DNA from: Spirochaetia bacterium
Lineage (GTDB): Bacteria; Spirochaetota; Spirochaetia; SZUA-6; Bin103
DNA: 64,000 bases
Assembly (NCBI GenBank): GCA_965198005.1
Contig: CBDAOI010000003.1
Location: 960,001-1,024,000 of the forward strand
Direction: 5' to 3'
Part shown: piece after piece, positions 31,701 to 41,665 of the stretch
Layout of the letters: each line of letters opens with the position of its first letter
Numbering within the stretch: position 1 is the stretch's first letter
Translations under genes and position numbers: made by a program
The notes under the pieces: generated by a model
The model's database searches: none
What the model was told of the DNA's origin: nothing
The model's input: the letters and a program-made list of their open reading frames with translations, nothing else

Positions 31701-31772
31701 GTCGCAGGGCGCGCCTGTCAGCGCCGCGCAGATGAGGCGCTCCAACCCCTTCTCGGTGGTGTCGGTGGTCAC
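28734..31772 (-). CDS. hsdR: Type I restriction endonuclease subunit R
   Basis: DLCLFING..ELKN nuclease motif, QHSAGSGKS, DEAH, FTATP, KFQTGYD, QTLSRLNR. Confidence 0.95.
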   Translation of the reverse strand: MTTDTTEKGLERLICAALTGAPCDPSQGGMVRERPAGYGAGWICGDSQDYDREYCVDLAQLSAFLQATQRNAAESLDLGRDSPTRRKFLARLQGEITRRGTIDVLRKGVKHGPHQIDLLYGTPSPGNEKAKVQYGHNRFSVTRQLRYSRDQTQLALDLCLFINGLAVATFELKNSLTKQTVDDAVEQYKRDRHPSEKLFELGRCLAHFAVDDHEVQFCTRLKGKASWFLPFNKGWNDGAGNPPNPNGLKTDYLWKQVLTRDGLTDIIENYAQLVEARDDKTGRKRREQIWPRYHQLDVVRRLLADASIRGVGPKYLIQHSAGSGKSNSIAWLAHQLIGLEQDGKALFDSAIVVTDRRILDKQIRATIKQFAQVGSVVGHAEDSGHLRRLLQDGKRIVITTVQKFPFILDAIGNEHRGRKFAIIIDEAHSSQGGRTSASVSMALGEAGSESEEETTEDKINRLMESKKLLPNASYFAFTATPKNKTLEIFGTPVPEGGKTRHVPFHSYTMKQAIQEGFIIDVLAHYTPVDSYYRLVKTVEGDPEFDTKRAGKKLRRYVEDNDHAIRLKAEIMVDNFHEQVIGPRRIGGQARAMVVTSSIQRAISYFYAIRDYLAERKSPYRAIAAFSGEHEHDGAKVTEASLNGFSSNLITDKIQEDPYRFLVCADKFQTGYDEPLLHTMYVDKILSGVKAVQTLSRLNRSHPKKHDAFVLDFNNDADTIQAAFADYYRTTVLAEETDPDRLHDLVAALDGYQVYGPAQVDELVEQYLSGADREQLDPILDACVSLYREQLDEDGQVNFKGKAKAFLRTYGFLAAILPYPYAEWEKLSIFLTFLVPKLPAPIEDDLSKGILEAIDMDSYRVEKQAVRDIQLPDEDAEIEPVSTSGGGQKPEPEMERLSNIIREFNDRFGNVEWKDQDKIEKVIAEELPAKVAGDRAYQNAMANSDQQNARIEHDKALERAMTEILADHTELFKQFSDNESFRRWLSEMVFATTYVGVATAAGGVGSEVGSSRL

Positions 31773-31773
31773 G

Positions 31774-32085
31774 CTATACCTCGCCTCTCATCGCGATGTG
31801 GACGTCTCTCAACTCTCCGGGCTGTATCCCCTCAAGGGCCTTGCGGATGGCTTCCGTTCGCCGCGATATGCGGGGCCACGCGGTGTTCATCAGGACGACT
31901 ACGACCACTCGCCTGTTTGACATGTTCTGTTGGTATCCGACCTCGTAGCCGGCTTCTTCAGCCCGATCCAGCAAGACCCCGTTGGCCAAGGTGTCCCAGC
32001 CGCGCTCCATGGCCGTTTCGATTTCATGGCCGAAGAGCTGGCGGCGCAACTGCCTGGGCGTCCCGTTATCGAACAGGATGCGCAT
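31774..32085 (-). CDS. DUF5615-type PIN-like toxin, probable short internal deletion
   Basis: MRILFDNGTP..NGVLLDRAEEAGYEV|GYQQN lacks the usual hydrophobic-T.D segment. Confidence 0.7.
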   Translation of the reverse strand: MRILFDNGTPRQLRRQLFGHEIETAMERGWDTLANGVLLDRAEEAGYEVGYQQNMSNRRVVVVVLMNTAWPRISRRTEAIRKALEGIQPGELRDVHIAMRGEV

Positions 32086-32308
32086 GGGTGACCTTGGCCC
32101 GGAGGTCCTGCGCTACGTGCTCCAGCACCGCCTTCACCTCCGATTCCTCCACGCCCTCGAACCAGTCGATGAAGTCGTATATCGTAGCCCCCTCCGCAAG
32201 ATTCTCGAAGAGGGCGTACACCGGCAAACGAGTGCCCGTGAACACCCAGTTGCCGCTCACCTTGCCGGGCACGCTCTCGACTGCCGGGCACTTCTCCCAG
32301 TCCGTCAT
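32066..32308 (-). CDS. DUF433 antitoxin
   Basis: PGKVSGNWVFTGTRLPV..LFENLAEGATI. Confidence 0.9.
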   Translation of the reverse strand: MTDWEKCPAVESVPGKVSGNWVFTGTRLPVYALFENLAEGATIYDFIDWFEGVEESEVKAVLEHVAQDLRAKVTHAHPVR

Positions 32309-33790
32309 ACGGTCACCTCACTTTCGATTGCCAACTGTTCTACCGTCTCATCCGGCTCGTAGAGGCCCTCAGCAATGCCGTCTGTCAGCGGGCCGCTCTC
32401 GTCTATCTGGTCCTGGTCGTCGGCCTCGTCGGGCAGCTGAGCCGCCGCCTCGCGCACGTCCAGCTTGCCGGTCACCACGTCGGCGATGAGCCGCGTGCGG
32501 TACTCCTGCACCAGTTCGATCTGACGGCGGGCGCGTGCGATGGCGGCTTCGATGTCCCAAGTGGCCTTGTCGAGGTATTCCGCGATGGCGGATTGTTCGG
32601 CAACGGGCGGCAGCACCAGGCGCATGTATTTGAGTTGAGATCTGTAGATATGCATTATGGTTATCCCACGCCCCATGCACGATTTTTGATACGCGCTCTG
32701 GACGCAATCGGTCGCATAGCCCGTGAAGCGTGGGTTCACGTCGATTCCTGGACGGAACAAAATCACGTCACCAGCCACAGTAGGATTCTTCATCGAGAAG
32801 GTTGACTGCCGACTTACCAATTTCATCAATGGTCTCACCAGATCCGGCAAAGAGGATGTCACCATACTGCATAGGCGTGTAGTTTGAAGACCGTTCTAGG
32901 CTAATGTAGGAACGGCTGCGCTCTATGTGATACTTGTGGTTCATGTAGATGTCCCCATATCGAATGCACGGAAGCCCTACATCCACTTCGTCTTCCTTTG
33001 TGCCTCCGCCACCCTTGGAGAACTTTCCTATTCGACCCAGTTGCAACACCTCCCAATGCTCCGGCACGTCGCCGAGCCACTCGACGCCGACGGGCTTGAG
33101 GGGGACGTTGGCGTCGAGGCCGCGGGTGACGGCCCGGTTGACGACAGCCTGCTTCTCCTCCTCCAGCAGCGCGATGAGCTTCCGCTTGGCGCTGACGTAG
33201 CGGCGGATGCGCCGGTCCACGTAGTCCAGGTAGCGCACGATGGCGGCCTGCTCGGCGAGGGGTGGGACCGGAAGCTGAACGGATTGTATGCCCGTGTGAG
33301 TAAGGCCGTACCTCGTCACACCATTCGCCGTCACGTGAAACTGATAGGCAACCCCGTCGGTTTGCAAAGCTCGTGCGAGATAAGCGCCCAGTATCTCTTT
33401 GGACGGCCGCAGCAAGGCCAGATGGTAGCCACAGATAAGGTCGTCGGCTGAATCCGTAACCAGGGCCGGAACCCCAATGTCGTCCCAAGCCTCGGAGTCC
33501 TTGGTGATGAGAACGTCACCTCGCTGTAGGCGGAACTTTTCGATTTCGTCCATCGACGCCGTAGCGCCCATGAAGGCCATACCCTGCTCGATATGGTCAT
33601 TTTTATACACATTGACATAGTTGCAGAGACGGACAGCGGATTCATCCTCCTTGAGGTGCTTATCTACGTTGCTGACACGCATATCGGCAACCGTCCGAAG
33701 CCGCCGCATCTCCCAATGCGCCGGCATGTCGCCGAGCCACTGTACGCCAGATGCCTTACAGGTGGGGTAGGAGCCCAATCCATTTATCAC
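32305..33790 (-). pseudogene. hsdS: Type I R-M specificity subunit S with a single-base frameshift at ~32773
   Basis: GVQWLGDMPAHWE, PPLAEQAAI, GVEWLGDVPEHWE, PPVAEQSAI, LIADVVTGKLDV. Removing one base gives SYCGGDVILFRP and a 494-aa protein. Confidence 0.9.
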
Positions 33791-35391
33791 GAGAACAGAT
33801 CCCTCTCTAATTCCTGCAAGACCCCAGGCGTTTGTCTAAGTGCAGGAACCAAATGCTGCTGTGCAAACTCGATGCGACTATTGCCGAGATTGGCGATTTT
33901 GGTTAACTGCCTTATGGTTGCGAGCAATTTCTGCGAGACCTTCTTCATGTCGGCAGTAGCTACAGGGATTCCCTCAAGGAGCTGCGTTTGTTTGGCCAAG
34001 ACACTATTGACGGCCGTTACTCTTCCATTATTTGACAGAAAGGTCTTCAAAACATCAGGATCGTAGAGATAATTCTCCAATTCTCTCCTCCGAAGCACTC
34101 GTAGCCCGGTTGCAATTTTCTGCTGGCGAGCATTATCTGTCATCTCGTCACGGTCTATGACCCGCGAAATGGTTGCGCCCTTTGATACGGCCTGCAAGAC
34201 AGCGATCAAGGGTCCGCTTCTTACCACTTCAGCGGTCCCTCCATGCGACACGAAGAGCGTGTCTGGGCGGGCTTCAGCAAACAGGTCGTTGTAACACGCG
34301 GCATCAAAGCCTTTGTCAGCCTTGGAGTGGGCGCCCTCACAGACTACGATGTATTCTGGAGTTATCAGGTCAGCCAAGTCGTCCAAGGCAACTTCGTAAG
34401 CCCTGTGCCAGAAAGCTCTGCTTGGCACGCTGGGGCGGATTTTCACGTCCTGGTCTAGGTCATGTTCTGAGAAGTCAATGAAAGCCACATCGTCCTGTTG
34501 TCGCATCAGTTCATATGCCTTTCGCACGAACCCGATGGAATGAGTGGCGATCCACAATTGCGATTCTGGGGGCGTCATGTCCAGCATGACTTCCAATAGC
34601 CTGCCATGAAGGGCTGTGGCGGTGTGGGCCTCTGGTTCATCAATGCAGTAAATGGCATCTCGGTACTCAGAACGTTTGACAAACATATCCAACAACAAGT
34701 CGAATGCCGCCTTTTCTCCAGCAGACAAGTTCTTGTAATGAAAGTCGGAGGCCGTTCCTTTGGAGAATCGAAATACGCCCGTCGTCTGTATACCTCCAAA
34801 ATCCTGTAGGGCGAGAGGTGGATCTGCAAACAGTTTCGCCATGGAGTCTTGAAGCTCTCGTAAACACTCTTTTCGGTATTGTTCAAACGTAGTTGTACCG
34901 GGCTCATCTCCATCAAGGTCTGCCATGCGCCTCCAACTCAGACGGCTATAGTTCTCGGAAACTGCTCGATCTGGGTCGATGATGCGCGCGAAACGGGGCT
35001 TTTCTACGGAAGGTGCCACGCGCCCCAGCGTCTCCAACTGGAAATCCGCTTCATTCCTATAGGCGGTTCTTATGCAGAATACGCTAGACCACTGATCAGG
35101 CGCTGGCTTCTTGCCGTAAAAGGCAATATCGATTTTGCTAGCCACTTCACTAATGGACCTCAGTGCGGCTTCGGAGGATGAATCCTTCTGGTAGTAGTCG
35201 GCGAATTGGCCTTCAAGTCGATAGTTGTGCCGTTCCGCCTGCGACTTAGCCAAGAACGCATCGAACACAGATGATTTGCCACAGCCGTTTGGGCCAAGCA
35301 AGACCACTAGGCGCGTGGACTCAGGGATGTTTGTCAGGGTCAAGCTGGCAAATCTCTTGTAGTTGTTCAGCCGAACACGGTGGATTCTCAT
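33787..35391 (-). CDS. ABC-type ATPase fused to TOPRIM-like domain (OLD/AriAB-like)
   Basis: GPNGCGKS, LSAGEK, CIDEPE, ATHS; then VVCEG..DA, VIDRD, RRELENYL. 4-nt overlaps with both hsdM and hsdS. Confidence 0.8.
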   Translation of the reverse strand: MRIHRVRLNNYKRFASLTLTNIPESTRLVVLLGPNGCGKSSVFDAFLAKSQAERHNYRLEGQFADYYQKDSSSEAALRSISEVASKIDIAFYGKKPAPDQWSSVFCIRTAYRNEADFQLETLGRVAPSVEKPRFARIIDPDRAVSENYSRLSWRRMADLDGDEPGTTTFEQYRKECLRELQDSMAKLFADPPLALQDFGGIQTTGVFRFSKGTASDFHYKNLSAGEKAAFDLLLDMFVKRSEYRDAIYCIDEPEAHTATALHGRLLEVMLDMTPPESQLWIATHSIGFVRKAYELMRQQDDVAFIDFSEHDLDQDVKIRPSVPSRAFWHRAYEVALDDLADLITPEYIVVCEGAHSKADKGFDAACYNDLFAEARPDTLFVSHGGTAEVVRSGPLIAVLQAVSKGATISRVIDRDEMTDNARQQKIATGLRVLRRRELENYLYDPDVLKTFLSNNGRVTAVNSVLAKQTQLLEGIPVATADMKKVSQKLLATIRQLTKIANLGNSRIEFAQQHLVPALRQTPGVLQELERDLFS

Positions 35392-37523
35392 AAAGGTACT
35401 CCGCTGCCGGTTAGGCTCACTATCTCCGCCAACAGCCCCTCCGTCTCCCGCTCCAGCGTCAGTATGTCAGCCCGTATATCCTCCAGGGGGCGTAGGGGCT
35501 GAGGCTTGTAGAAGTGGCGGGTGAAGCTGATCTCGTAGCCAACCTTCACGCTGTCCGTCACGTGCCAGGCGTCTGGGGCGTAGGGCAGAACCTCGCGGCG
35601 CAGGAATGCTTCGATGCCGCCTTCCTCCATCAGAGGCACCTGCTCCGTGTCGCGCAGGTCGGTATCCGGCTCGTACTCGACGACGGCCGGCTTGCCGTCG
35701 ATGGTGGCGGCGAACAGGCCCTGCAATGGGTTGGGTTCCGTACCGGACTTGTGGGTCTTCTTGATGACGGGTTCGGCTGCCTCGTCCCGCACAGCAAATG
35801 ACGTCTGAAGGAGCTTGTTTCGCTTGGCTGTCAACTTGACGTGATGCTCGGAAATGTCTGTCTCTACGGCAGCCATGAAGCGATTGAAGTCGAGGTGATT
35901 CCCAGCGCCTGATGCGTCTGCCATCCGGTCGACGACGTTTGCAATCGGTTCTTCTTGGACTTCCTGGCATGCGGCCCGGAACCGGGCGCGTTGTTCCGGC
36001 GACAGATCGACGGCGAGGCGCAACGGACGCTCCACGGTGACCTTGCAGTAGCCGAAGGCCTCGTTGGGGAATATCTTCGACTGCTCCGTCTCCTCGAAGG
36101 CCAGGAAGGCGTCGCAGATGCGACGGATGTCCTCGTCGGACAGTTCGCAGTTCTTGCTGCCCAGGTTCTTGCGCAGCGGCCGGGACCACTGCGTGGCGTC
36201 GATGAGCTGAATCCGGCCCCGGCGGTGCGCCGGCTTGCGGTTGCTGAGTACCCAGATGTAGGTGGCGATGCCGGTGTTGTAGAACATGTTGAGCGGCAGC
36301 GCGACGATGGCTTCCAGCCAGTCGTTCTCGATGATCCAGCGGCGTATGTTGCTCTCGCCCTGCCCGGCGTCGCCAGTGAAGAGGGAGCTGCCGTTGTGGA
36401 CCTCGGCGATGCGGCTGCCCATCGGCGTGTCCCGCTTCATCTTGCTCAGCATGTTGGCAAGGAACATCATCTGGCCGTCGCTGGAGCGGGTGATGAGGGA
36501 GTAGTCCGAGTTGCCGCCGTGTTCCACGACGAAGCGCGGGTCCGTGATGTCGGACTTGCCGCCCATCCGCTCCAGGTCGGTCTTCCAGCTCTTGCCGTAG
36601 GGCGGATTGGAGAGCATGAAGTCGAACTCGCGGGCTGCGAAGGCGTCGGCGGAGAGGGTGGAGCCGAACTGCATGTTGTCGGCCTCGACGCCCTCGCCCT
36701 TCAGGATGAGGTCGGCCTTGCTGATGGCGTAGGTCTCGGCGTTGACTTCCTGGCCGTACAGGTGAACAGATACCTCTTTGCCACGCTCGGCGGCCAGCTG
36801 CGCCAGCGTCTCTTCCGCGACCGTCAGCATCCCGCCCGTGCCGCAGGCGCCGTCGTAGACCAGGTAGGTGCCGGACCTGACCTCGTTGGCCACGGGCAGG
36901 AAGACGAGGCGGGCCATGAGCTGCACCACATCACGCGGGGTGAAGTGCTCCCCGGCCTCCTCGTTGTTCTCCTCGTTGAAGCGGCGTATGAGCTCTTCGA
37001 AGACCGTGCCCATGCCGTGGTTGTCCAGGCCGTCGAGACGCACGGAGCCGTCTCCGTTAAGGATGGGCTTGGGGCTGAGGTTGATCGAGCTGTCCAGGAA
37101 CTTCTCCAGCAGGAAGCCGAGCACGTCCGCATCCACCAGCGTGGGAATCTGGTTGCGGAACTTGAACTTCGCCAGGACCTCTTCGACGTTGGGAGAGAAG
37201 CCGTCGAGGTATGCCTCGAAGTCTGCTCGCAACTGCTGTTGCCGCCCGCGGGATGTAAGGTCGCGGAGCCGGAAGGGGGAGGTGTTGTAGAAGGCCTCAC
37301 CGGAGGCTTGGCGCAGTGCCCGGTCCTGGTTCGTTATGCCGGCGTCGTCCAACTGGACCTTCATGCGGAGAACCGCGTCCTTGGTCGGTTCCAGAACTGC
37401 GTCGAGGCGGCGAATGACCGTCATGGGCAGGATGACGTCGCGGTACTTGCCGCGGACGTAGACATCGCGCAGAACGTCGTCCGCGATGCCCCAGATGAAG
37501 CTGCTGATGTTCAGAGCGCTCAC
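35388..37523 (-). CDS. hsdM: Type I R-M N6-adenine methyltransferase subunit M
   Basis: FIWGIADDVLRD, GEHFTPRDVV, YDGACGTGGML, SNPPYG, FYNTGIATY. Confidence 0.95.
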   Translation of the reverse strand: MSALNISSFIWGIADDVLRDVYVRGKYRDVILPMTVIRRLDAVLEPTKDAVLRMKVQLDDAGITNQDRALRQASGEAFYNTSPFRLRDLTSRGRQQQLRADFEAYLDGFSPNVEEVLAKFKFRNQIPTLVDADVLGFLLEKFLDSSINLSPKPILNGDGSVRLDGLDNHGMGTVFEELIRRFNEENNEEAGEHFTPRDVVQLMARLVFLPVANEVRSGTYLVYDGACGTGGMLTVAEETLAQLAAERGKEVSVHLYGQEVNAETYAISKADLILKGEGVEADNMQFGSTLSADAFAAREFDFMLSNPPYGKSWKTDLERMGGKSDITDPRFVVEHGGNSDYSLITRSSDGQMMFLANMLSKMKRDTPMGSRIAEVHNGSSLFTGDAGQGESNIRRWIIENDWLEAIVALPLNMFYNTGIATYIWVLSNRKPAHRRGRIQLIDATQWSRPLRKNLGSKNCELSDEDIRRICDAFLAFEETEQSKIFPNEAFGYCKVTVERPLRLAVDLSPEQRARFRAACQEVQEEPIANVVDRMADASGAGNHLDFNRFMAAVETDISEHHVKLTAKRNKLLQTSFAVRDEAAEPVIKKTHKSGTEPNPLQGLFAATIDGKPAVVEYEPDTDLRDTEQVPLMEEGGIEAFLRREVLPYAPDAWHVTDSVKVGYEISFTRHFYKPQPLRPLEDIRADILTLERETEGLLAEIVSLTGSGVPL

Positions 37524-38116
37524 CGGCTTCTCCCTGCCAATGCCCGTGGCTGGCCAAGCGGAGTCGTAATGCCGGCAGACCTTCTGCGTCGGCGCAGGGT
37601 CTCTGCCCCCGTGCTTGAGCCGATGACCTTCGACTCATGTTGTTCCACGATTCGACTATAGCAACGACTATCGACGATTGCAATTGCGGCGTAGGCGCCC
37701 AAATCCTCGCATAAGGCCGCCGGGGGCCGCCGCCCGCGCCCGCTGGCCATGGAACAGGCCCGTGGACCGCCTTCGGAGTCGTGCGATGTGGTGCAGAGTC
37801 AGATTTCACTGGACGGCCGGCGACAGAAGATGCCCGGAAGCTCACAGCAGGCCATTCAGAGGCAGCTATCCCGGGCGCCGGAAGGCCAGTTCTCGGCGCT
37901 TGGTCCGGGTGCCTTCCTGGTAGCGGTAACGGTGGGGCATCTTCGCTACAGCGGGGACGAGGCGCCGCGCCGGCCCGGCGCCCACGTCGGGCGGCGGCCA
38001 TCGCCCGGAGCCGGGACCTCGGTGATTGTTCAATCCGGCAGACGCCGATCAACGGCCTGCTCCGCCCTTATGCCAACGGCGGTATAATCCGGTCGTGAAG
38101 GTCTGGGAGAACGTAG

Positions 38117-38338
38117 ATGGGACAGACTGAGTATCTCGTCATCGTAGAGAAGTACGGCCCCGGCTCGTTTGGAGCGTATGTACCGGAACTCCCGGGCATC
38201 GGCGTGGCTGGCGAAACTGAGGATGAGGTACGCGACTTGGTGGCCGCAGCGATCAGGCTGTATCTCGACGAGCTGGAGCGGGACGAGAACGCTGCCGCCG
38301 AGTCGGTAGTGGTGAACCACTACACTATTGCGGTATGA
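38117..38338 (+). CDS. hicB: HicB-family antitoxin (no hicA seen)
   Basis: YLVIVEK..FGAYVPELPGIGVAGETEDEV; TATAAT at 38083-38088 and GGAG RBS upstream. Confidence 0.85.
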   Translation: MGQTEYLVIVEKYGPGSFGAYVPELPGIGVAGETEDEVRDLVAAAIRLYLDELERDENAAAESVVVNHYTIAV

Positions 38339-38348
38339 CAACAGATTC

Positions 38349-39046
38349 GAGCGTTGTCATCAGTGTCCGGATAGCGGACCCTGGGGTCCAGGACCGCGTA
38401 GACCAGGTCGATGAGCAGATTGATCCCCACCACGCCCGTGGCGAAGAACAGGTTGATACCGGAGACCATCGGGTAGTCTCTGTTGTTGAGGGCATTCAGC
38501 AGGAGACGCCCGAGCCCCGGCAGGTTGAAGATGTTCTCCATGATGACGGCGCCCCCGACCAGGATCGGCAACTGCAGGCCGATCAGGGACACCACCGGGA
38601 TGAGGGCATTCTTGACGGCGTGTCGGACTCACCACGGCCCGTCCGTCCCTGAGGCCCGATTTCGACCAGGCGGTCCTCGATATAGTCTCGCTATGCCGGA
38701 GCACCTCCAGCATCATGGTGCGGGTCATCCGCATGGTGGCGGCCGCCGCGGCCGTTCCCAGAATCAGGCTGGGGATCAGGAACCCCCAGAGATTCCCGAG
38801 CGGATCCTCGGTGAAAGGAACCAATTCCAGCGGGGGCGTCCAGCCCCACCAGATGGCCGGGTAGATCATCACCATGATGCCGAGCCAGAAGTTGGGCGTG
38901 GCCAGGCCGATGACGGCGACCGAGCGCCCCAGGTAGTCGGCGGCGCTATCCTGGCGAATCGCCGAGTAGACGCCGACCGGCAGCGCGATCACCAGCCCGA
39001 TGACGATTGCCATGACGCCGAGCTGGATGGTTACCGGCAGTCCCAC
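38349..39046 (-). pseudogene. dppB-like permease, 5'-truncated and frameshifted
   Basis: LPVTIQLG..MLEVLRH then frameshifts; ..IMENIFNLPGLG..LDPRVRY. Confidence 0.9.
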
Positions 39047-39288
39047 CTACCTGAGGGATGGCTTAGGCTGCCTCTCCCTTCCGCGTCCATACGCACCGCC
39101 CAGCAGGGAGCCGGCCAAGGCTGCCGTAGCGGCAGGATGCGGCCCAATATCGACATCGCCGGGGATGTGCTGCCTCTCAGCCCTCCTGAGAGAGGAGCTG
39201 GGAAACCCGCTCGGAAGCGGCTCCCGGCTCCTGAGCGTTATCAGACCACGCCTCTCAGCCGGGGCGAAAGCCCCTAGAATCCCATCGA

Positions 39289-40735
39289 CTACTTCAGCTC
39301 CTGATCAATCCAGAGGCGGGCGAACACCCAATTCTTGAGAGCGAAACCCAACCGGAATTCACCGTTGTAACCTTTGAGCCACGGCTGGGTCGCTTCAAAC
39401 CTCGGACCTATGGGCCCCCATACGGTCCAGTGCTTCTCTATCGCGTACATATCCATCGCTATAACCAGCCTCTGCTGCTCCTCTGTGGTCGCAGCCGCGG
39501 CGTTTCAAACGGCTTCATAATCGGGTCGCACTGCGGCGTTGATCAGTGTGGGACCCGCAACGAGAGCATCACGACCCCCATAGCGTTCGGTCATCGATGC
39601 TCGTTTCGAATTCGTAGGAGTGCTTGCCCTCGTCGTTGTCGATATGAGCGTGCCCGAGTTCTGGCCAGCTCACCGGTGCCGGAGTCTGGAACGATCGTCG
39701 GAACCGTCAACGCGGCCTCTGCCCCTCTCCATCGAACCGTGAGCTGCTGAAGGACGAACGAGCCCCGTATGCCACCGATCCCCTATCAGCCCGTGGGGTG
39801 TTCGTATCTGCATAACCCTTAAAGTACGCTTGGTTAATCTCTTCGAGATTTATGGCCATCTGCATGGCTTGGCGTACCCTGATGTCATCGAAGGGCGGGT
39901 TATTCACGTTAAGACCACTAGCGGCGAGGGTCACAGTGTAAACGGGCCGCAACTCGATTTCGGGGTTGGTCCGCTCGAGGCTCTCTGCCTGGTCGATAGA
40001 CCCTATGTTGCCGAGGCCCAACCCGACGTAATCAAGCTTACCCGAGCGCAGTGCCGCCAGATAGGTTGCCGCTTCATGGCATGAGCAGGCCCCTTATCTC
40101 GTCAACATAGGGCAAGCGGTTCTCCGGGTATTTTTCGTCGGTGCCCCAGTAGTCGGGATTCTTGATAAAGGTTTTGGAGCTGCCCTCGACCACGTGCGCG
40201 TCAGCATAAAGGGTCCGGTGCCGACCAGGTTCTTCCAATCCGTCGCGTCGCCGTATTGCTTGATGACCTCGGGGGGGTAGATGAAAGCAATCCAGTCGTC
40301 GATGATAGCCGCCAGCCCATTGAGGTGTGGCTGCTTCAGTTTGAAAACCACTGTCGATTCGTCGGTGGCCGTTATCGATTCGAATGACAACGATTTGAGA
40401 GCTTGGGTAAATTGGGTAGGCTCGGTGAAGCCGCTGCCCAGACCCATCAGGCGGTGATAGTTGTACTCGATATCTTGGGCAGTCAGCTCCCGACCGTTCA
40501 TCGGCGGCTTATCATGCCAGTGAACGCCCTGGCGGACGTTGACGATAATAGTGAGTGGGTCCGGCTGCGACCAGCTTTCCGCCAGCTGCCCTGTCATGAC
40601 AAACAAAGGCGCGGAGAGACCTGCGAAGTCATATTCGGCCCTATCTATTCCCCAGTCGACCGTGCCTAGCTTCTCTAAAACACCATTGAAGAATTGATTC
40701 CCCCAGACACCAGAGAGCGTGACGTCAGGGGTCAT
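39289..40735 (-). pseudogene. family-5 SBP in three pieces (40094-40735, ~39780-40090, 39289-39500)
   Basis: WHDKPPMNGRELTAQD, GTGPF; PPFDDIRVRQAMQMAIN; QPWLKGYNGE..LWIDQELK*. Confidence 0.85.
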
Positions 40736-41020
40736 CCGTTAGCGTAACGAACAGGTGCTCGCATTGTCAAAGGTGGCGGAAGCGAAACCAATAATCAACG
40801 GCTCTGTCGTGTAATCATCAAGAATATTGGAAGACCGAGACGTCCGAGTCATGCAACGGCCAGAGGAAGCAGGGAGTAGTGCTTTGAAACCGGCGTTATG
40901 CCGCGACCTGAACGCCGGAACAGCGCGCGGTAACGCGAACCCAAGATGCCTACACCGTGCAATGTACCGGAAGCCGGAGCGAGAAGTAAATAAGGAACCG
41001 GATTTGGACTTAGGCCGGAC

Positions 41021-41665
41021 TTAGGCCGGGACGGCGCAGAAGTGACCTTCGATTCGACGCCCGTGCACACCGCTCGCCCAGGTCCCGGCGAAGGCTCCGG
41101 ACGGCGTCACGCGCGTCACGTACAGCGCCGTGTAGCCCCCATCGAACGCTCCCTGCCGGTCCCGCTGATTGGCGAGCGACCCCAGACGCAACGTAATCGA
41201 GTCCGGCTCCGACTCCCCCTGCTGCTCCAGCACGAGCACGCCGGGCCGTAGCGGATCGCGCGCGCCGACGTCGCCGATCTCCGCGGCGCCGACCGCCGCC
41301 AGATCGATCTCCGCCCACCCGTAGAGCGGCACGCGCACGGTGTCGTCGACGGCGCCCCCCGCCCTGGTGAACCGGCGCAGCTCCGCCTCGTTGGGCGCGA
41401 GCCGGAGTGCTCCCGACGCCGACGGCGCCGCGCCGTCACTCGTCGCGCCGACCAGCGTGAGCCGGTACTCTCCCGCCGCCTGCTCCAGGGTCGCGCCGGG
41501 CTCCAGGGTGCCCGGCTGCAGGTCGCAGGCCGCGGCCACCGGCGGGGTTGCGCGCGCCTCGGCGGTCGCGCATCCGGCTACGGCGACCGCCACCGTGCAG
41601 ACGACGACTGCTAATAGCTGGGCGCGGTGGCGAAGGGTGTGAGTTGCAGTTCGTGGGTCCAGCAT
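41021..41665 (-). CDS. hypothetical lipoprotein
   Basis: Hydrophobic stretch ending VAGC; coding-like high-GC frame; start uncertain (overlaps SDR end). Confidence 0.5.
   Translation of the reverse strand: MLDPRTATHTLRHRAQLLAVVVCTVAVAVAGCATAEARATPPVAAACDLQPGTLEPGATLEQAAGEYRLTLVGATSDGAAPSASGALRLAPNEAELRRFTRAGGAVDDTVRVPLYGWAEIDLAAVGAAEIGDVGARDPLRPGVLVLEQQGESEPDSITLRLGSLANQRDRQGAFDGGYTALYVTRVTPSGAFAGTWASGVHGRRIEGHFCAVPA

Noticed and set aside
41007-41028. ggacttaggcc tandem duplicate
   Set aside because: Only two copies at a gene end; no evidence of function.
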